Shown here in pieces: positions 39,359-50,022 of a DNA stretch of 64,000 nucleotides. The notes beneath the pieces are model-generated. The model saw nothing but the letters and a program-made list of their open reading frames with translations, was not told the origin of the DNA and made no database searches. The translations under genes were made by a program, and so were the position numbers. Within the stretch, counting starts at the first letter, position 1, and each line of letters starts with the position of its first letter. Source of the stretch: an uncultured Spirochaetota bacterium (GTDB taxonomy: Bacteria > Spirochaetota > Brevinematia > Brevinematales > JAOACQ01); the NCBI GenBank assembly GCA_963835575.1, contig CAWIGG010000002.1, positions 1,472,001-1,536,000 on the forward strand, in the 5' to 3' direction.

Positions 39359-40564
39359 ATGGTATATGAAAAGTATGATGCCGAAAGGTATCCGAATGAA
39401 GCTTTAGATTACAACGCTAATGAAGAACATCTGACCAAGATCAAGGTAATCGGCATCGGCGGCGCGGGCTGCAACGCCATCAACCGTATGATTGAAGACG
39501 GTATCAGCAATGTTGAGTTTGTCGCCGTCAATACGGACGCTCAGGTTTTAAAAAATTCATTGTCTAAACGGACCCTTCAAATCGGAGCCCGATCAACACG
39601 GGGACTGGGCGCCGGTGCCAAGCCCGAAGTGGGTGAAAAGGCCGCTCAGGAAGATATTGAGGAAATCAGAAATCTATTGGACAAAACCAATATGGTATTT
39701 ATAACGGCGGGCATGGGCGGCGGCACCGGTACAGGCGCGGCCCCGATATTCGCGAAAGCGGCAAAAGAAATCGGCGCGCTGACTGTCGCTGTTGTGACCA
39801 TCCCTTTCGATTTTGAAGGAAAGAGAAGAATTGAGATTGCCTATCAGGGAATTAATAAACTCAAAGAGCATGTCGATACAATGCTGGTTATTTCCAACTC
39901 AAGAATATTCAAAGTGATCGAAAGAAAAGCCGGAGTCAAGCAGGCATTTCATAAGATCGATGAAGTGCTCAAGCAGGCTGTGCAGGGTATTTCCAGCATC
40001 ATCACCGAAGTCGGCATCATCAATGTCGATTTTGCGGACGTCAGGACCGTCCTGTCCAACCGCGGCGAGGCCATTATGGGCATAGGCATCGGGCAGGGCG
40101 ATAACAGGTCTATTGACGCGGCACGCTGCGCTCTCGAAAATCCTCTCATAGAAAATTCGTCATTTAAAAACGCCGGCGCGATGCTCGTCAATATTATCGG
40201 CGGCCCGGACTTCGGCATGGTGGAATACGATGAAGCGGCCAAAACGATCGCCGAATACTGCAGGCCGGACGCTGAAATCATCATCGGGCTTAATGTTGAC
40301 GACAATTTAAAAGACAAGGTCAGAATTATCATCATCGCGACCGATTTTACATCAAGCAATACTAAAGAAAAAGAAAATATTCCCATTCCAGCGGAGAATA
40401 TTTTTGAGGAAAGAAAAGTGGTCTCCCTGGCTGAAATACGCCAGGAAAGAAATAAGATGAAAGGCCTTCAGAGTGAAGGCACGCGTTCCATTCACAGGGT
40501 TGTATCTCCTGTGGAAGACGATTATGAAACGCCGGCCTTTTTAAGAAAAAGGAAAATGGGATAG
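39359..40564 (+). CDS. ftsZ: Cell division protein FtsZ
   Basis: GGGTGTG tubulin signature, NVDFAD, C-terminal TPAFLR. Confidence 0.98.
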   Translation: MVYEKYDAERYPNEALDYNANEEHLTKIKVIGIGGAGCNAINRMIEDGISNVEFVAVNTDAQVLKNSLSKRTLQIGARSTRGLGAGAKPEVGEKAAQEDIEEIRNLLDKTNMVFITAGMGGGTGTGAAPIFAKAAKEIGALTVAVVTIPFDFEGKRRIEIAYQGINKLKEHVDTMLVISNSRIFKVIERKAGVKQAFHKIDEVLKQAVQGISSIITEVGIINVDFADVRTVLSNRGEAIMGIGIGQGDNRSIDAARCALENPLIENSSFKNAGAMLVNIIGGPDFGMVEYDEAAKTIAEYCRPDAEIIIGLNVDDNLKDKVRIIIIATDFTSSNTKEKENIPIPAENIFEERKVVSLAEIRQERNKMKGLQSEGTRSIHRVVSPVEDDYETPAFLRKRKMG

Positions 40565-40569
40565 TTTTT

Positions 40570-41061
40570 TTATTGAGTAAGCTTCTTCCGGAACTGAATC
40601 GCGTTGATCCCGCAAAGGGCTATTGCGAGGGCGTCCGATATATCGTCAGGCGGGGGAATATCCGGAATTGAGAGAATGAGTTTGAGCGCTTTTTGTATCT
40701 GACCTTTGCCTGACCGGCCGTATCCGGTAGTGGCCATTTTAACCTGGATCGGAGTGAATTCATAAAGAGGAAGCTTGTGAATAGCGGATAAAAGAATAAT
40801 CACCCCTCTCAATTCGCTGATAGTAAGCGCTGTTTTTACGTTCTTCGCGAAAATAATCTTTTCCATAGATATATAGGAAGGCTGATGTTTATTGATAAGA
40901 TACTGCAGGTCCTCATATATCTGAAAAAAGCGGACAGTTTTATCATCTTCCTTTTTTGTGGAAATAAGGCCGAATGAAGTGGCTTTTAACTCATTCCCCT
41001 TCAGTTCAATCAGAGCGTATCCAAGCCTTTCTATACCCGGATCTATTCCCAGAACTATCAT
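40570..41061 (-). CDS. ruvC: Holliday junction resolvase
   Basis: LGIDPG, E in SMEK, GYGRSGKGQ, DDISDALAIA. Confidence 0.95.
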   Translation of the reverse strand: MIVLGIDPGIERLGYALIELKGNELKATSFGLISTKKEDDKTVRFFQIYEDLQYLINKHQPSYISMEKIIFAKNVKTALTISELRGVIILLSAIHKLPLYEFTPIQVKMATTGYGRSGKGQIQKALKLILSIPDIPPPDDISDALAIALCGINAIQFRKKLTQ

Positions 41062-41065
41062 CTGA

Positions 41066-42244
41066 TTAAACACCCGCTTTAATAAAGGTTTTCATTGTAT
41101 TCTCCACAAGCCATTCCGCTATTTCCTTCTTGCCGCCTTCTTTCGGTCCGATAACTGCGCCGTCCTTTGATATCAGAATGACCTTATTATCATCGCTTCC
41201 CATAGGCTGAAAGTCTTTTTCAATCTGATTGAGGACAATAAATGACAGATTTTTTTCCTGAAGTTTCTTCTTCGCGTTTTCCAATCCTTTATCAGTTTCC
41301 AGGGCAAATCCGGTAATCAATTTTTCTTTCTTTATTGCGGAAACTTCCTTGAGAATATCCGGAGTTGAAATGAACTCCAGGTTTAATTCCGGGCTTTTCT
41401 TTACCTTCTTTCCGGAATAGCTTTTAGCTTTAAAATCCGCCGGCGCCGCGGCCATATAAAGGCCGTCATAAGACTCCAGATTTGTTTTTACGGCTTTGAG
41501 CATATCTTCCGCCGATTCCGAGTATATTGAAGGAATATAGCAGGGGACCGCCGCTGATGTACGGGCATGAATGAGAAGGACGCCAGCCCCTTTTTTAAAA
41601 AGCGCTTTCGCTATTTCTATTCCCATTTTGCCTGATGAAAAGTTCGATATATATCTGACCGGATCGATCTTCTCGATAGTGCCGCCGGCCGTCACGATAA
41701 ATTTAAAATTTTTCAGCGGCTCATTAATATCCCTGTTGATCAGACCGTAAATCTTTTCCTCCGATGGAAGCCTTCCCCAGCCCGACACGCCGCATGCCAG
41801 TTCGCCATGCTCCGGTTCGGCAATAAGAAAGCCCCTCTCTTTGAGTTTCTGAATATTATCCTGAGTGGCGGTATTTTCGAACATTCTTGTATTCATAGCG
41901 GGAAAGAGTATCTTTTTTTTATCAAAAGCCAGTATTGTAGAAGTGAGTAAATTATCCGCAATTCCAGCAGTTATTTTCGCCAGCGTATTGGCGGAAGCCG
42001 GCGCAACGGCGAGAATATCCGCCCAATCCCCAAGCCTGATATGGGCAAGAGGCTCGCGCTGATCAAAATCCCGGATATAAACCTCTTCGTCTGATATGGC
42101 TTTGAAAAGAAGCGGACTCACCAGCTTCGCGGCATTGCCGGTCATAATGACTTTAACAGTATGCCCTTCTCTTTTCAGCATCCTGATGACATTGGGAATC
42201 TTATATAGTGAAATACCGGCGGTTATTCCAAAGAGGATTTTCAT
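41066..42244 (-). CDS. coaBC: Bifunctional phosphopantothenoylcysteine decarboxylase/ligase
   Basis: APASANT, PAMN, LACG, TAGGT.E.IDPVRYISNFSSGKMG, GFALET; start at ATGA overlap. Confidence 0.95.
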   Translation of the reverse strand: MKILFGITAGISLYKIPNVIRMLKREGHTVKVIMTGNAAKLVSPLLFKAISDEEVYIRDFDQREPLAHIRLGDWADILAVAPASANTLAKITAGIADNLLTSTILAFDKKKILFPAMNTRMFENTATQDNIQKLKERGFLIAEPEHGELACGVSGWGRLPSEEKIYGLINRDINEPLKNFKFIVTAGGTIEKIDPVRYISNFSSGKMGIEIAKALFKKGAGVLLIHARTSAAVPCYIPSIYSESAEDMLKAVKTNLESYDGLYMAAAPADFKAKSYSGKKVKKSPELNLEFISTPDILKEVSAIKKEKLITGFALETDKGLENAKKKLQEKNLSFIVLNQIEKDFQPMGSDDNKVILISKDGAVIGPKEGGKKEIAEWLVENTMKTFIKAGV

Positions 42245-43440
42245 GAAAGCGCCTTGCTTTTTACTTTTTTCCATCGGACAAGAACAAAATAAGCATTATC
42301 TTTTACCAATATGCTGTAAATCTGCCCGTAATCATCAACATAAAATCCGAAATTCGCATTATTATCGGATAATATAGGCGCGTAATAAACCTCTTCATTA
42401 TTCATCGGCGAACTGATGTCTATAAACCGGAACCGGATGCCGTGATATTTTTCATCATAAGAATAAAGGACAAGAATATCATCCTTCGTAATTTTAATAA
42501 ATTGGTCGACGTATTTTTTTGTCTGAAAAATATTTTTTGTAATGGCATTCTGAAGAATGCTGTATACGTCCAGCGAATGATACGTTTCATCCGGGGTTTC
42601 AATGGGAATATTATTTTTTTTGACGCTGTAATAGTCGGTATAAATCATAAGCCTTTCATCATTTTTTAAATTATAGATATCGCTGATCCTCCCGACAAAT
42701 ACCCTGTCACCCTTCGTGTTGGTTGAAGAAATATATTTTGTGCTGAATTCGAACAACAGTTCTCCGGAGGGTGAAAACCTCTTGACCATCCATATTTCTT
42801 TATCGTTTTCATACGTCTTATAAAAAGCATACAGATTATCAAACAAATCGATATCGATCCTTTCCGGATAATCCATCGGCTCGGAATGTATGCCGTTATT
42901 CCCTATCGCGTAAACAAATTTACCGTCCGGTGAGAATTTATAGATGTAATAATTATTAAAACCCTTCATCTGGTTCGTTTCGACATAATTCATATCATCC
43001 TGTTCAATCTCGTTTGAATTGTATTTTATATCTATATTGGACAGGGAAGCCAGAACATAAATTTCACCGTATTTATTCAATACAACCTGAAAAGGAATAT
43101 TAAAGCTGTAGCCGTCGCCTGAAGTCCCTAATGAAAACGTATTTGAGCTTCCTTCAGGAGAAAGAGGAAAAACGCTTATTCTCTTATTATACTTATCAGC
43201 GATGTAAAGTTTGTTTTTAAAAATATCAACGGCATGCGGCACATCCAGATAATCCCCGATGATAAAATCGGAGGAATTTGTGAAATAATTGGTCAACAAA
43301 GGAATATTGCTCCCGATATCATTTATGCTGTCGCCCAGCGGAGCGTAAAACACAACTTCATACTGCATAAAATTCGGCCTGTTGCCGCATGAGGCCAGGA
43401 TTACCGCTAAAAACAGACTGATAAAAGTTAATTTTTTCAT
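42241..43440 (-). CDS. Lipoprotein with NHL/beta-propeller-like repeats
   Basis: Lipobox LASC; YIADKYNKRI, IYKFSPDGKF, VKRFSPSGEL. Confidence 0.75.
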   Translation of the reverse strand: MKKLTFISLFLAVILASCGNRPNFMQYEVVFYAPLGDSINDIGSNIPLLTNYFTNSSDFIIGDYLDVPHAVDIFKNKLYIADKYNKRISVFPLSPEGSSNTFSLGTSGDGYSFNIPFQVVLNKYGEIYVLASLSNIDIKYNSNEIEQDDMNYVETNQMKGFNNYYIYKFSPDGKFVYAIGNNGIHSEPMDYPERIDIDLFDNLYAFYKTYENDKEIWMVKRFSPSGELLFEFSTKYISSTNTKGDRVFVGRISDIYNLKNDERLMIYTDYYSVKKNNIPIETPDETYHSLDVYSILQNAITKNIFQTKKYVDQFIKITKDDILVLYSYDEKYHGIRFRFIDISSPMNNEEVYYAPILSDNNANFGFYVDDYGQIYSILVKDNAYFVLVRWKKVKSKALS

Positions 43441-44561
43441 TATTTCACCTTTTTATAATAATCAAGGGCCAGGCTGTTCAACACATCCACTCCTTTTTTC
43501 AGGACTTCATCCTTTGTGGTAAAGCAGATCCTGAAATGCGTATTGACCTCGGAAAACACATTGCCCGGTATAATGAGCACCTTCTTTTCTATCGCCAGTT
43601 CTACAAATTCGGAAACATCTCCCGCTTTAAGACCGGGGAACATATAAAAAGCGCCTTTCGGCTTGACTATATTAAAATTATCCTTCAAGCCTTCATAAAT
43701 GATGTCCCTCTTTTTCTTATAGCTCTCGCGGTAATGCGACGTGTCCATATCCAGCGCGGCGACCGCGGCGTACTGGAAGGGGGCCGGCGCGCAGACAAAA
43801 GAATACTGCTGTATCTTGATCATCTGGGCTATCAGGTCGCTGTTGCCGACCGCGTAACCCAGCCTCCAGCCCGTCATCGCGTATGTTTTTGAAAAGCCGC
43901 CGAGGATCAATATATTATCATAATAGGTTGCTGGGCTTTCAAAAGGGCTGTCATAAACAAAGCCGTCGTAAATCTCGTCGGTGATCAGGAGAATATTCTT
44001 TTCCTTCGCCACTTTAATGACAGTATCAAGGTCCTTTTTAGAATAGACATAGCCTGTCGGGTTTGTCGGACTGTTGATAATGATGGCTTTTGTTTTACCG
44101 CTGATCGCTTTTCTGAGCTTATCTTCATTAATCTGAAAATCAGGATATGTATCGACGATCACCGGTTTCGCGTCTATCAGGTTGATCAGATGCTTGTACA
44201 TAACAAAATACGGGTCAAAAAAGACAATCTCGTCCCCGGCGTCCAGTATGGAAATCAATGCCAGGAATAATCCGCCCGATGTGCCGGAAGTAATAATCAC
44301 TTCATTGGGACCGAATTTCCTCTTCCTTGTTTTTTCTATATGACCCAAAACCTTTTCCCTTAATTCACCTATTCCCTGCGTCAAAGTATAGCGGTTAAAG
44401 CCCTTTCTGATCGCTTCAATCGCGACATTCTTTAATTCTTCAGGCACATCATAATCCGGCTGGCCGATGCTGAAATCAATCGGGTTTTCAATTTTCGCCG
44501 CTAGCTCAAAAACTTTTCTTATTCCCGAAGAATCTACACGCAGCGCTCTTTTTGATATCAT
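43440..44561 (-). CDS. PLP-dependent aminotransferase class I/II
   Basis: NSPTNPTG, DEIY, GFSKTYAMTGWRLG. Confidence 0.95.
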   Translation of the reverse strand: MISKRALRVDSSGIRKVFELAAKIENPIDFSIGQPDYDVPEELKNVAIEAIRKGFNRYTLTQGIGELREKVLGHIEKTRKRKFGPNEVIITSGTSGGLFLALISILDAGDEIVFFDPYFVMYKHLINLIDAKPVIVDTYPDFQINEDKLRKAISGKTKAIIINSPTNPTGYVYSKKDLDTVIKVAKEKNILLITDEIYDGFVYDSPFESPATYYDNILILGGFSKTYAMTGWRLGYAVGNSDLIAQMIKIQQYSFVCAPAPFQYAAVAALDMDTSHYRESYKKKRDIIYEGLKDNFNIVKPKGAFYMFPGLKAGDVSEFVELAIEKKVLIIPGNVFSEVNTHFRICFTTKDEVLKKGVDVLNSLALDYYKKVK

Positions 44562-44767
44562 AATGATAACCTCTTAAAATCATTTTTTATTATTACTTAC
44601 TCTTTATTAGCTTTAATAAAAAACAACCCCATTCATATTTTAAGGCAATTCCTTTAAAAATCCAACTTTTTCTACTAATGTTCATATTTACAGCTTGATT
44701 TAAGCCGCTTACAATATACAGCAGCCTGATAAAAATATGTTTGAAAGGGTATTTTACATATAAAATC

Positions 44768-46075
44768 AAGACCTTTGCACAATTATATAAATTCCAGCCA
44801 TCCGACATAAATTAAAAATTTTTGGGATGGGTTAAACTCAAAATAATAACATTTATAGCCAATGCCCCGGCCTTACGGGTTTTGGTCCCCTCTTTAGGGG
44901 CTTTTTTCAGCTTTAACCCGCTGAAAAAGGGATTCTGAACGCAGTTCGCCCTATACCTCAAAACAGATTCTTGCGGCTTTCTTTAAGTTGAACGCCATCG
45001 CTTTTAAATAAAACTCCATTTCACCTTTTTCACATCCCAGATAACGCATCCGGTCAAATCCATAATGATGTTTGAGTGTTCCGATGGTCTGCTCCGCAAG
45101 ATAACGAAATCCGCTAATCAACCGGTTGAAAATTTTTTCCCGTTCCGTCAATTCCCGTCCTCGCGCGGCCTTCCTCATTATTCTGCTTTTCATCTTCTTC
45201 TCTTTAAGCATATCCCGGTTATCCTGGCTTGCATTCCCCCTTGTCCGCCGCCACCGATGATTTTTCATTCAATCCGATTTCCTCTACAACCTGTTTGATT
45301 TCGTTCATGTCTGACACATTCGCTCCTGTGACATGCCCGCCCAGAATAAAACCATTCCGGTCATCTACCGCCATATGCACTTTATATCCATAAAATACCT
45401 TTTTCCCCTTAACCAGCCACTTTGAGTCTGTATCATCAGAATAGCTGACTTCCGGATATGAAACATCCTGCTTTTCTTCCTCTTTGCGATCTTCCGGTAT
45501 GCTTTCCGTTTCCACAACCCTGCGCGGACGGCGTGATGATTGCACCACTGTCGCATCCACAATTGCGCCTTTCTTGATTAATATTTGATTTCCCTCTAAC
45601 TGTATATTGATTTCATTTAAAAGCTTTTTCGTAAACTCCCAAATCCTTCAATTCATTCCTGAACCGGCAGATGGTACTGTGATCAGGCACGTCGCTCGTA
45701 AGTGATAAGCCCGCAAAGCGGACAAAAGATATTCTATCAATCAATTCCTCTTCCATCTGCGGATCAGAAAGATCATACCATGTTTGTAATAACAGGATTT
45801 TGAACATAGCCAGACTCGGTTAAGCCGGACTTCCTACTGCGTTGAAGAACTTTTTGTATTTCTTCCTGATAATTCTTTCTATCCTTGTCCAATTAATCAG
45901 TCTTAAAATCTGTTCTAAAAATGTAACTTTTTTCTCTTTTCGGCAGCTGATCTCGTAATCTGCCCAACTATCCGGCTTTGTTTTTATTGCCATAATTTTA
46001 CCTCTTTAACTTATATATTATGGCATAGATTGAAGTTAATCTCATGTTTCCATGAAGTAACCGTGCAAAGGTCTT
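44768..46075 (-). mobile_element. IS5-family (IS1106-like) element, inactivated copy
   Basis: TIRs aagacctttgcac / gtgcaaaggtctt; no clean TSD seen. Confidence 0.85.
44951..45993 (-). pseudogene. IS5-family transposase pseudogene
   Basis: Colinear with 47149-48189 but has a TAA in SPA(Y)PSL and two frameshifts (near 45620 and 45238). Confidence 0.88.
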
Positions 46076-46201
46076 GAATTATTAATTCAAATTTAACTTG
46101 AAAGTAACAGGATAGAAATTATTTTTTAAAATATTTCCTAAATGTAATAGATAAAAAGGTAGTATATATATAAGAAAAGGTTTTTAATAAAAAAAGGAGA
46201 A

Positions 46202-46357
46202 ATGCAGGTGGATATGAATGATTTTGAGGACCTATTCAAACTTAATGTCTTTAATGACTGTACGCCTGATTTTGAAGCTGTCTGGAACACAATAATGGTC
46301 TCAAATGAAAAGGCGGTAAATAAGATTAAAGAGGACAATGAAACCTTCAGGGAATAA
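46202..46357 (+). CDS. Small acidic hypothetical protein (51 aa)
   Basis: SD aaggag, ATG 46202 or GTG 46208, open to TAA 46355; below the ORF-track cutoff. Confidence 0.45.
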   Translation: MQVDMNDFEDLFKLNVFNDCTPDFEAVWNTIMVSNEKAVNKIKEDNETFRE

Positions 46358-47066
46358 TAAAAACATTGTCTAAAGGTTCCTGATCTGAAATGAGTCGGCT
46401 GCAGTTCTGTTGACAGGTTTTGATGCCGGTTTTAATTTATTCGACTCTTTCATCAAATTTCATCCCAATTTAAAAAAAATTTCTTATCTTTGTCAAAGAA
46501 TTATTCTAGGAATTTCCAAAAACCGCTATAAATATCAAATCGGTTTTTGGTATGCTTGTAATGCTGTTCTTTATGTATAATCTATTTTTGATTCTTTTGT
46601 TATTTTCAGAACTGCTCTAAACTTATGAAAGAGACCTCAGAGTTGAAAAAATATTTTTTCATTCCATTTCAAAAATGAGCCACAAAAATCGTATTATATT
46701 AATAATATAGAAATAAAAAATATTTTAAATTTCTGAGAAGAGATAAAAATGCATATACGATTAAAATTCAACCTGATTATTAGTTTGTTGGCCACAGGTA
46801 TTATTTCATTATGTACTTCATGCTCTCTAATACCCGATTCAAATCAAGCTGACAGCTCAATACCCGATAACGGCATAATTACCGTTTCCAATCTGACTAA
46901 CGGCGAAGCTATAAATTACGAGCTGCCTATAATTAAAGGAAAATTACAGTATTACTCTGATCAGGTAAGTATTACCGCGAATGGAACAACAAGCTGCTGG
47001 AAGGCTGCCAAATATACTCTTTCATTCAGCGGTCTAGTTCATTTAATTCCGGGTAATAATGAAATT

Positions 47067-48363
47067 GAGACCTTTGCACGGTAAATTGATAAAAAGGAGT
47101 GTATAATTTCAATATATGCCATAATATACTGTTAGGGGAGAGGTTAATATGGCGATAAAAACAAAGCCTGACGGTTGGGCAGATTATGAGATCAATTCCC
47201 GAAAGCAGAAAGGCATCACATTTTTAGACCAAGTATTAATACTGATCGACTGGACAAAAATCGAGAAGATAATCCGTAAGAAATACAAGAAGTACTTTAA
47301 TGCGGTAGGGAGCCCTGCTTATCCGAGTCTTGTGATGTTTAAAGTTCTACTTTTACAGACATGGTATGATCTCTCAGACCCTGTGACAGAAGAATATCTG
47401 CTCAACTGGATACCAGCGTCACGCTTTGTAGGCTTATCGCTTGCAAGTGATGTGCCTGATCACAGTACAATTTGCAGGTTTCGAAATGAATTGAAGGAAT
47501 TGGGAGTTTACGAAAAGCTCTTTAACGAAATCAATCGCCAGTTAGAGGAACAAGAGTTACTAATTAAAAAGGGTGCGATTGTAGACGCTACAGTGATAGA
47601 GTCGGCAAGACGACCGCGAAAGGTAGTGGAAACGGAAAGTATTCCTCTAGATCGCAAAGAGGAAGAAAAAGCAGAAGCTTCCAATCCAAATATAACTTAC
47701 TCTGATGACACAGACGCGAAATGGCTGGTCAAGGGGAAAAAAGTTGTTTATGGTTATAAGTTGCATATGGCGGTAGACGATCAGAACGGATTTATTCTTG
47801 GAGGTCATGTAACAAGCGCGAATATTTCAGACATGAACGAAATAAAACAGGTTGTAGAAGAAATTGGATTAAAGGAAAAATCATCAGTAGCAGCAGATAA
47901 AGGATATGCAAGCCAGGAAAATCGGGACATGCTTAAAGAAAAAAAGATGAAAAGCAGGATTATGAGAAAAGCGGCTCGAGGCTGGGCTTTGACAGAACGA
48001 GAGAAGATATTCAATCGTTTAATCAGCGGGTTTCGCTATATTGTAGAACAGACAACCGGCATACTCAAACAACACTACGGTTTTAAGAGAATGCGTTATC
48101 TGGGATGCGAGAAAGGAGAAATGGAGTTTTATTTAAAAGCAATGGCATTAAATTTAAAAAAAGCGGCAAGAATATGTTTTGAGGTATAGGGTGAACTGCG
48201 CCCAAAAGCCCTTTTTCAGCGGGATAAAGCTGAAAAACACCTGGAAATCCTTAATGTTTCGGGTTAACGGTGATAGAAATCATCAAATTCTATGCTAAAT
48301 CTGAATTTAAATTTTTTATCCGGGGCGGATAGCAGGGGATTAGTCAATTATGCAAAGGTCTTT
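47067..48363 (+). mobile_element. IS5-family (IS1106-like) element, intact copy
   Basis: TIRs gagacctttgca / tgcaaaggtctt; AATT flanking duplication 47063-66 and 48364-67 (exact right end +/-1 nt). Confidence 0.9.
47149..48189 (+). CDS. IS5 family transposase
   Basis: VPDHSTICRFR, IVDAT, YGYKLH, ADKGY, RYIVE. Confidence 0.95.
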   Translation: MAIKTKPDGWADYEINSRKQKGITFLDQVLILIDWTKIEKIIRKKYKKYFNAVGSPAYPSLVMFKVLLLQTWYDLSDPVTEEYLLNWIPASRFVGLSLASDVPDHSTICRFRNELKELGVYEKLFNEINRQLEEQELLIKKGAIVDATVIESARRPRKVVETESIPLDRKEEEKAEASNPNITYSDDTDAKWLVKGKKVVYGYKLHMAVDDQNGFILGGHVTSANISDMNEIKQVVEEIGLKEKSSVAADKGYASQENRDMLKEKKMKSRIMRKAARGWALTEREKIFNRLISGFRYIVEQTTGILKQHYGFKRMRYLGCEKGEMEFYLKAMALNLKKAARICFEV

Positions 48364-49404
48364 AATTACTATTACGGCCCAGCATCATGAAACCCAAGTA
48401 TTCAACATCAAATATATTCCGCAGGACAGTTATGCTTATAAGATCAAATTCATTTATGTCCTGGCTTCCGACGGCGACGGTTCATTCCCTTCCCTTGCCG
48501 ATATGGACAATTCACTGTCGTCAGCTAAAAAAAGACTGGCGCTTTTCGCATTAATGATGCAGTCAGCCTATGCTGAAACACTTTACGAAAGCGGTTACGG
48601 CCGGAAAACATTCACGATATACCGGCCTGCCGGCCAGGATAGAGCCGACTTTATTGTCGTTCAACGGGTCCCTAAAACCCTGGCGCAGATGCGGGATCAA
48701 TACAAAATCACTGAAACCGTGGATACATCCTATGATTTTTATGATTATATCGTGAGCCAGGTCCGTTCCGATTCAAGTCATATTAAGAATTTTGTGGTCT
48801 CAGGAATGAGTAAAAAGGATAATACCGGCGACTATTGTATCGCTTGGCTCGGCGGGGGTGATCTCGCAATGGTGGACGATTTCGCAATATATACTTTTCC
48901 TGAAGATTATTCGGAATTAATAAACACATTTTCGAATAATAAAATCGATCCTATAGATGAAATAATGGGAACAACCGGCACCGCATGCCAGCGTTTTGCG
49001 ACCTTCGGGGGAGCTTCCATGCATGAACTCGGTCATACTTTCGGTCTGCATCATCCGGACGATACACGTGTTCTCAAGCTGGATCAGAATGGGAATCCGG
49101 TTCTGGATGAGCATGGAAATTATGTTTTGACTGTTGATTATAGCGCCATTATGTCAAGATGCTATCAGTTTGATTATACATTTTCTGCCGCAACCAGCGC
49201 TGGATACCCCATTTCAAAGAATATGATCCCGAAATGGATCTGGGCTTATGATGACGGATCGAATATCCTCAATAATGAGCCGGAAATATTAACTCAATCA
49301 TCATGGATCAGATGAAAAAGAGCGTGACCGTGAAAACCCAATGACATAAAAAAATAGAAAAAACTCTTTCTTGATTAAATAAAGGCGATAAAATAAAATA
49401 TCCT

Positions 49405-50022
49405 ATGCTTAAAATGATTTTTGATTATTTCATCACCCTTTTTGTCATCATCGATCCTTCCGTCTCGCTTGTCATTCTTCTTTCCGTTCTGCCTCAGTCG
49501 AAGGATAAAAACACGGCCCGGATCGCCTTTAAATCCTCCCTGGCCGTGCTGATCGGAAGCGCGGTCTGCATTCTATTGGGGACTTTAGTCCTTCATTTTT
49601 TCGGCGTTGATATCGCATCCTTTAAAGTGATGGGCGGTATCATACTGATCCTCCTGGCCGTTCAGATGGTCCAGGCAAAGATCAGCACAACGCGTTATGC
49701 TGAAAAGGGAGCGGACGAATCCAAACAAAAAGCCGATATATCAATTATTCCCCTGGCCATACCGGGCACACTCGGGCCCGGCACAATCACTACCCTTTTG
49801 ATATACCGGAGCCAGACGGACTGGACAGGCTTTCTGGCTCTTTTTATAGCCGTCTTTATGAACTGTGTTATCCTTTTCTTTATTCTTTCCTACGCGAAAA
49901 AGCTTGAGAACCTGCTGGGAAAAACAATCATCAATATGTTCACACGCTTTATGGGATTGATGGTCGGCGCCATAGCCGTTCAGTTCATCATTTCCGGCGC
50001 CAAAGAATTATGGATGAAATAA
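49405..50022 (+). CDS. MarC family membrane protein
   Basis: LFVIIDP, IPLAIPGTLGPGTI, TRFMGL. Confidence 0.92.
   Translation: MLKMIFDYFITLFVIIDPSVSLVILLSVLPQSKDKNTARIAFKSSLAVLIGSAVCILLGTLVLHFFGVDIASFKVMGGIILILLAVQMVQAKISTTRYAEKGADESKQKADISIIPLAIPGTLGPGTITTLLIYRSQTDWTGFLALFIAVFMNCVILFFILSYAKKLENLLGKTIINMFTRFMGLMVGAIAVQFIISGAKELWMK

Larger units (their letters stand above)
46749..49315 (+). pseudogene. Lipoprotein zinc metallopeptidase split by IS (N-part 46749-47066, C-part 48368-49315)
   Basis: Joining across the AATT duplication restores PGNNEI-TITAQ in frame; HELGHTFGLHH metzincin motif and AIMS Met-turn; signal with Cys. Confidence 0.85.
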
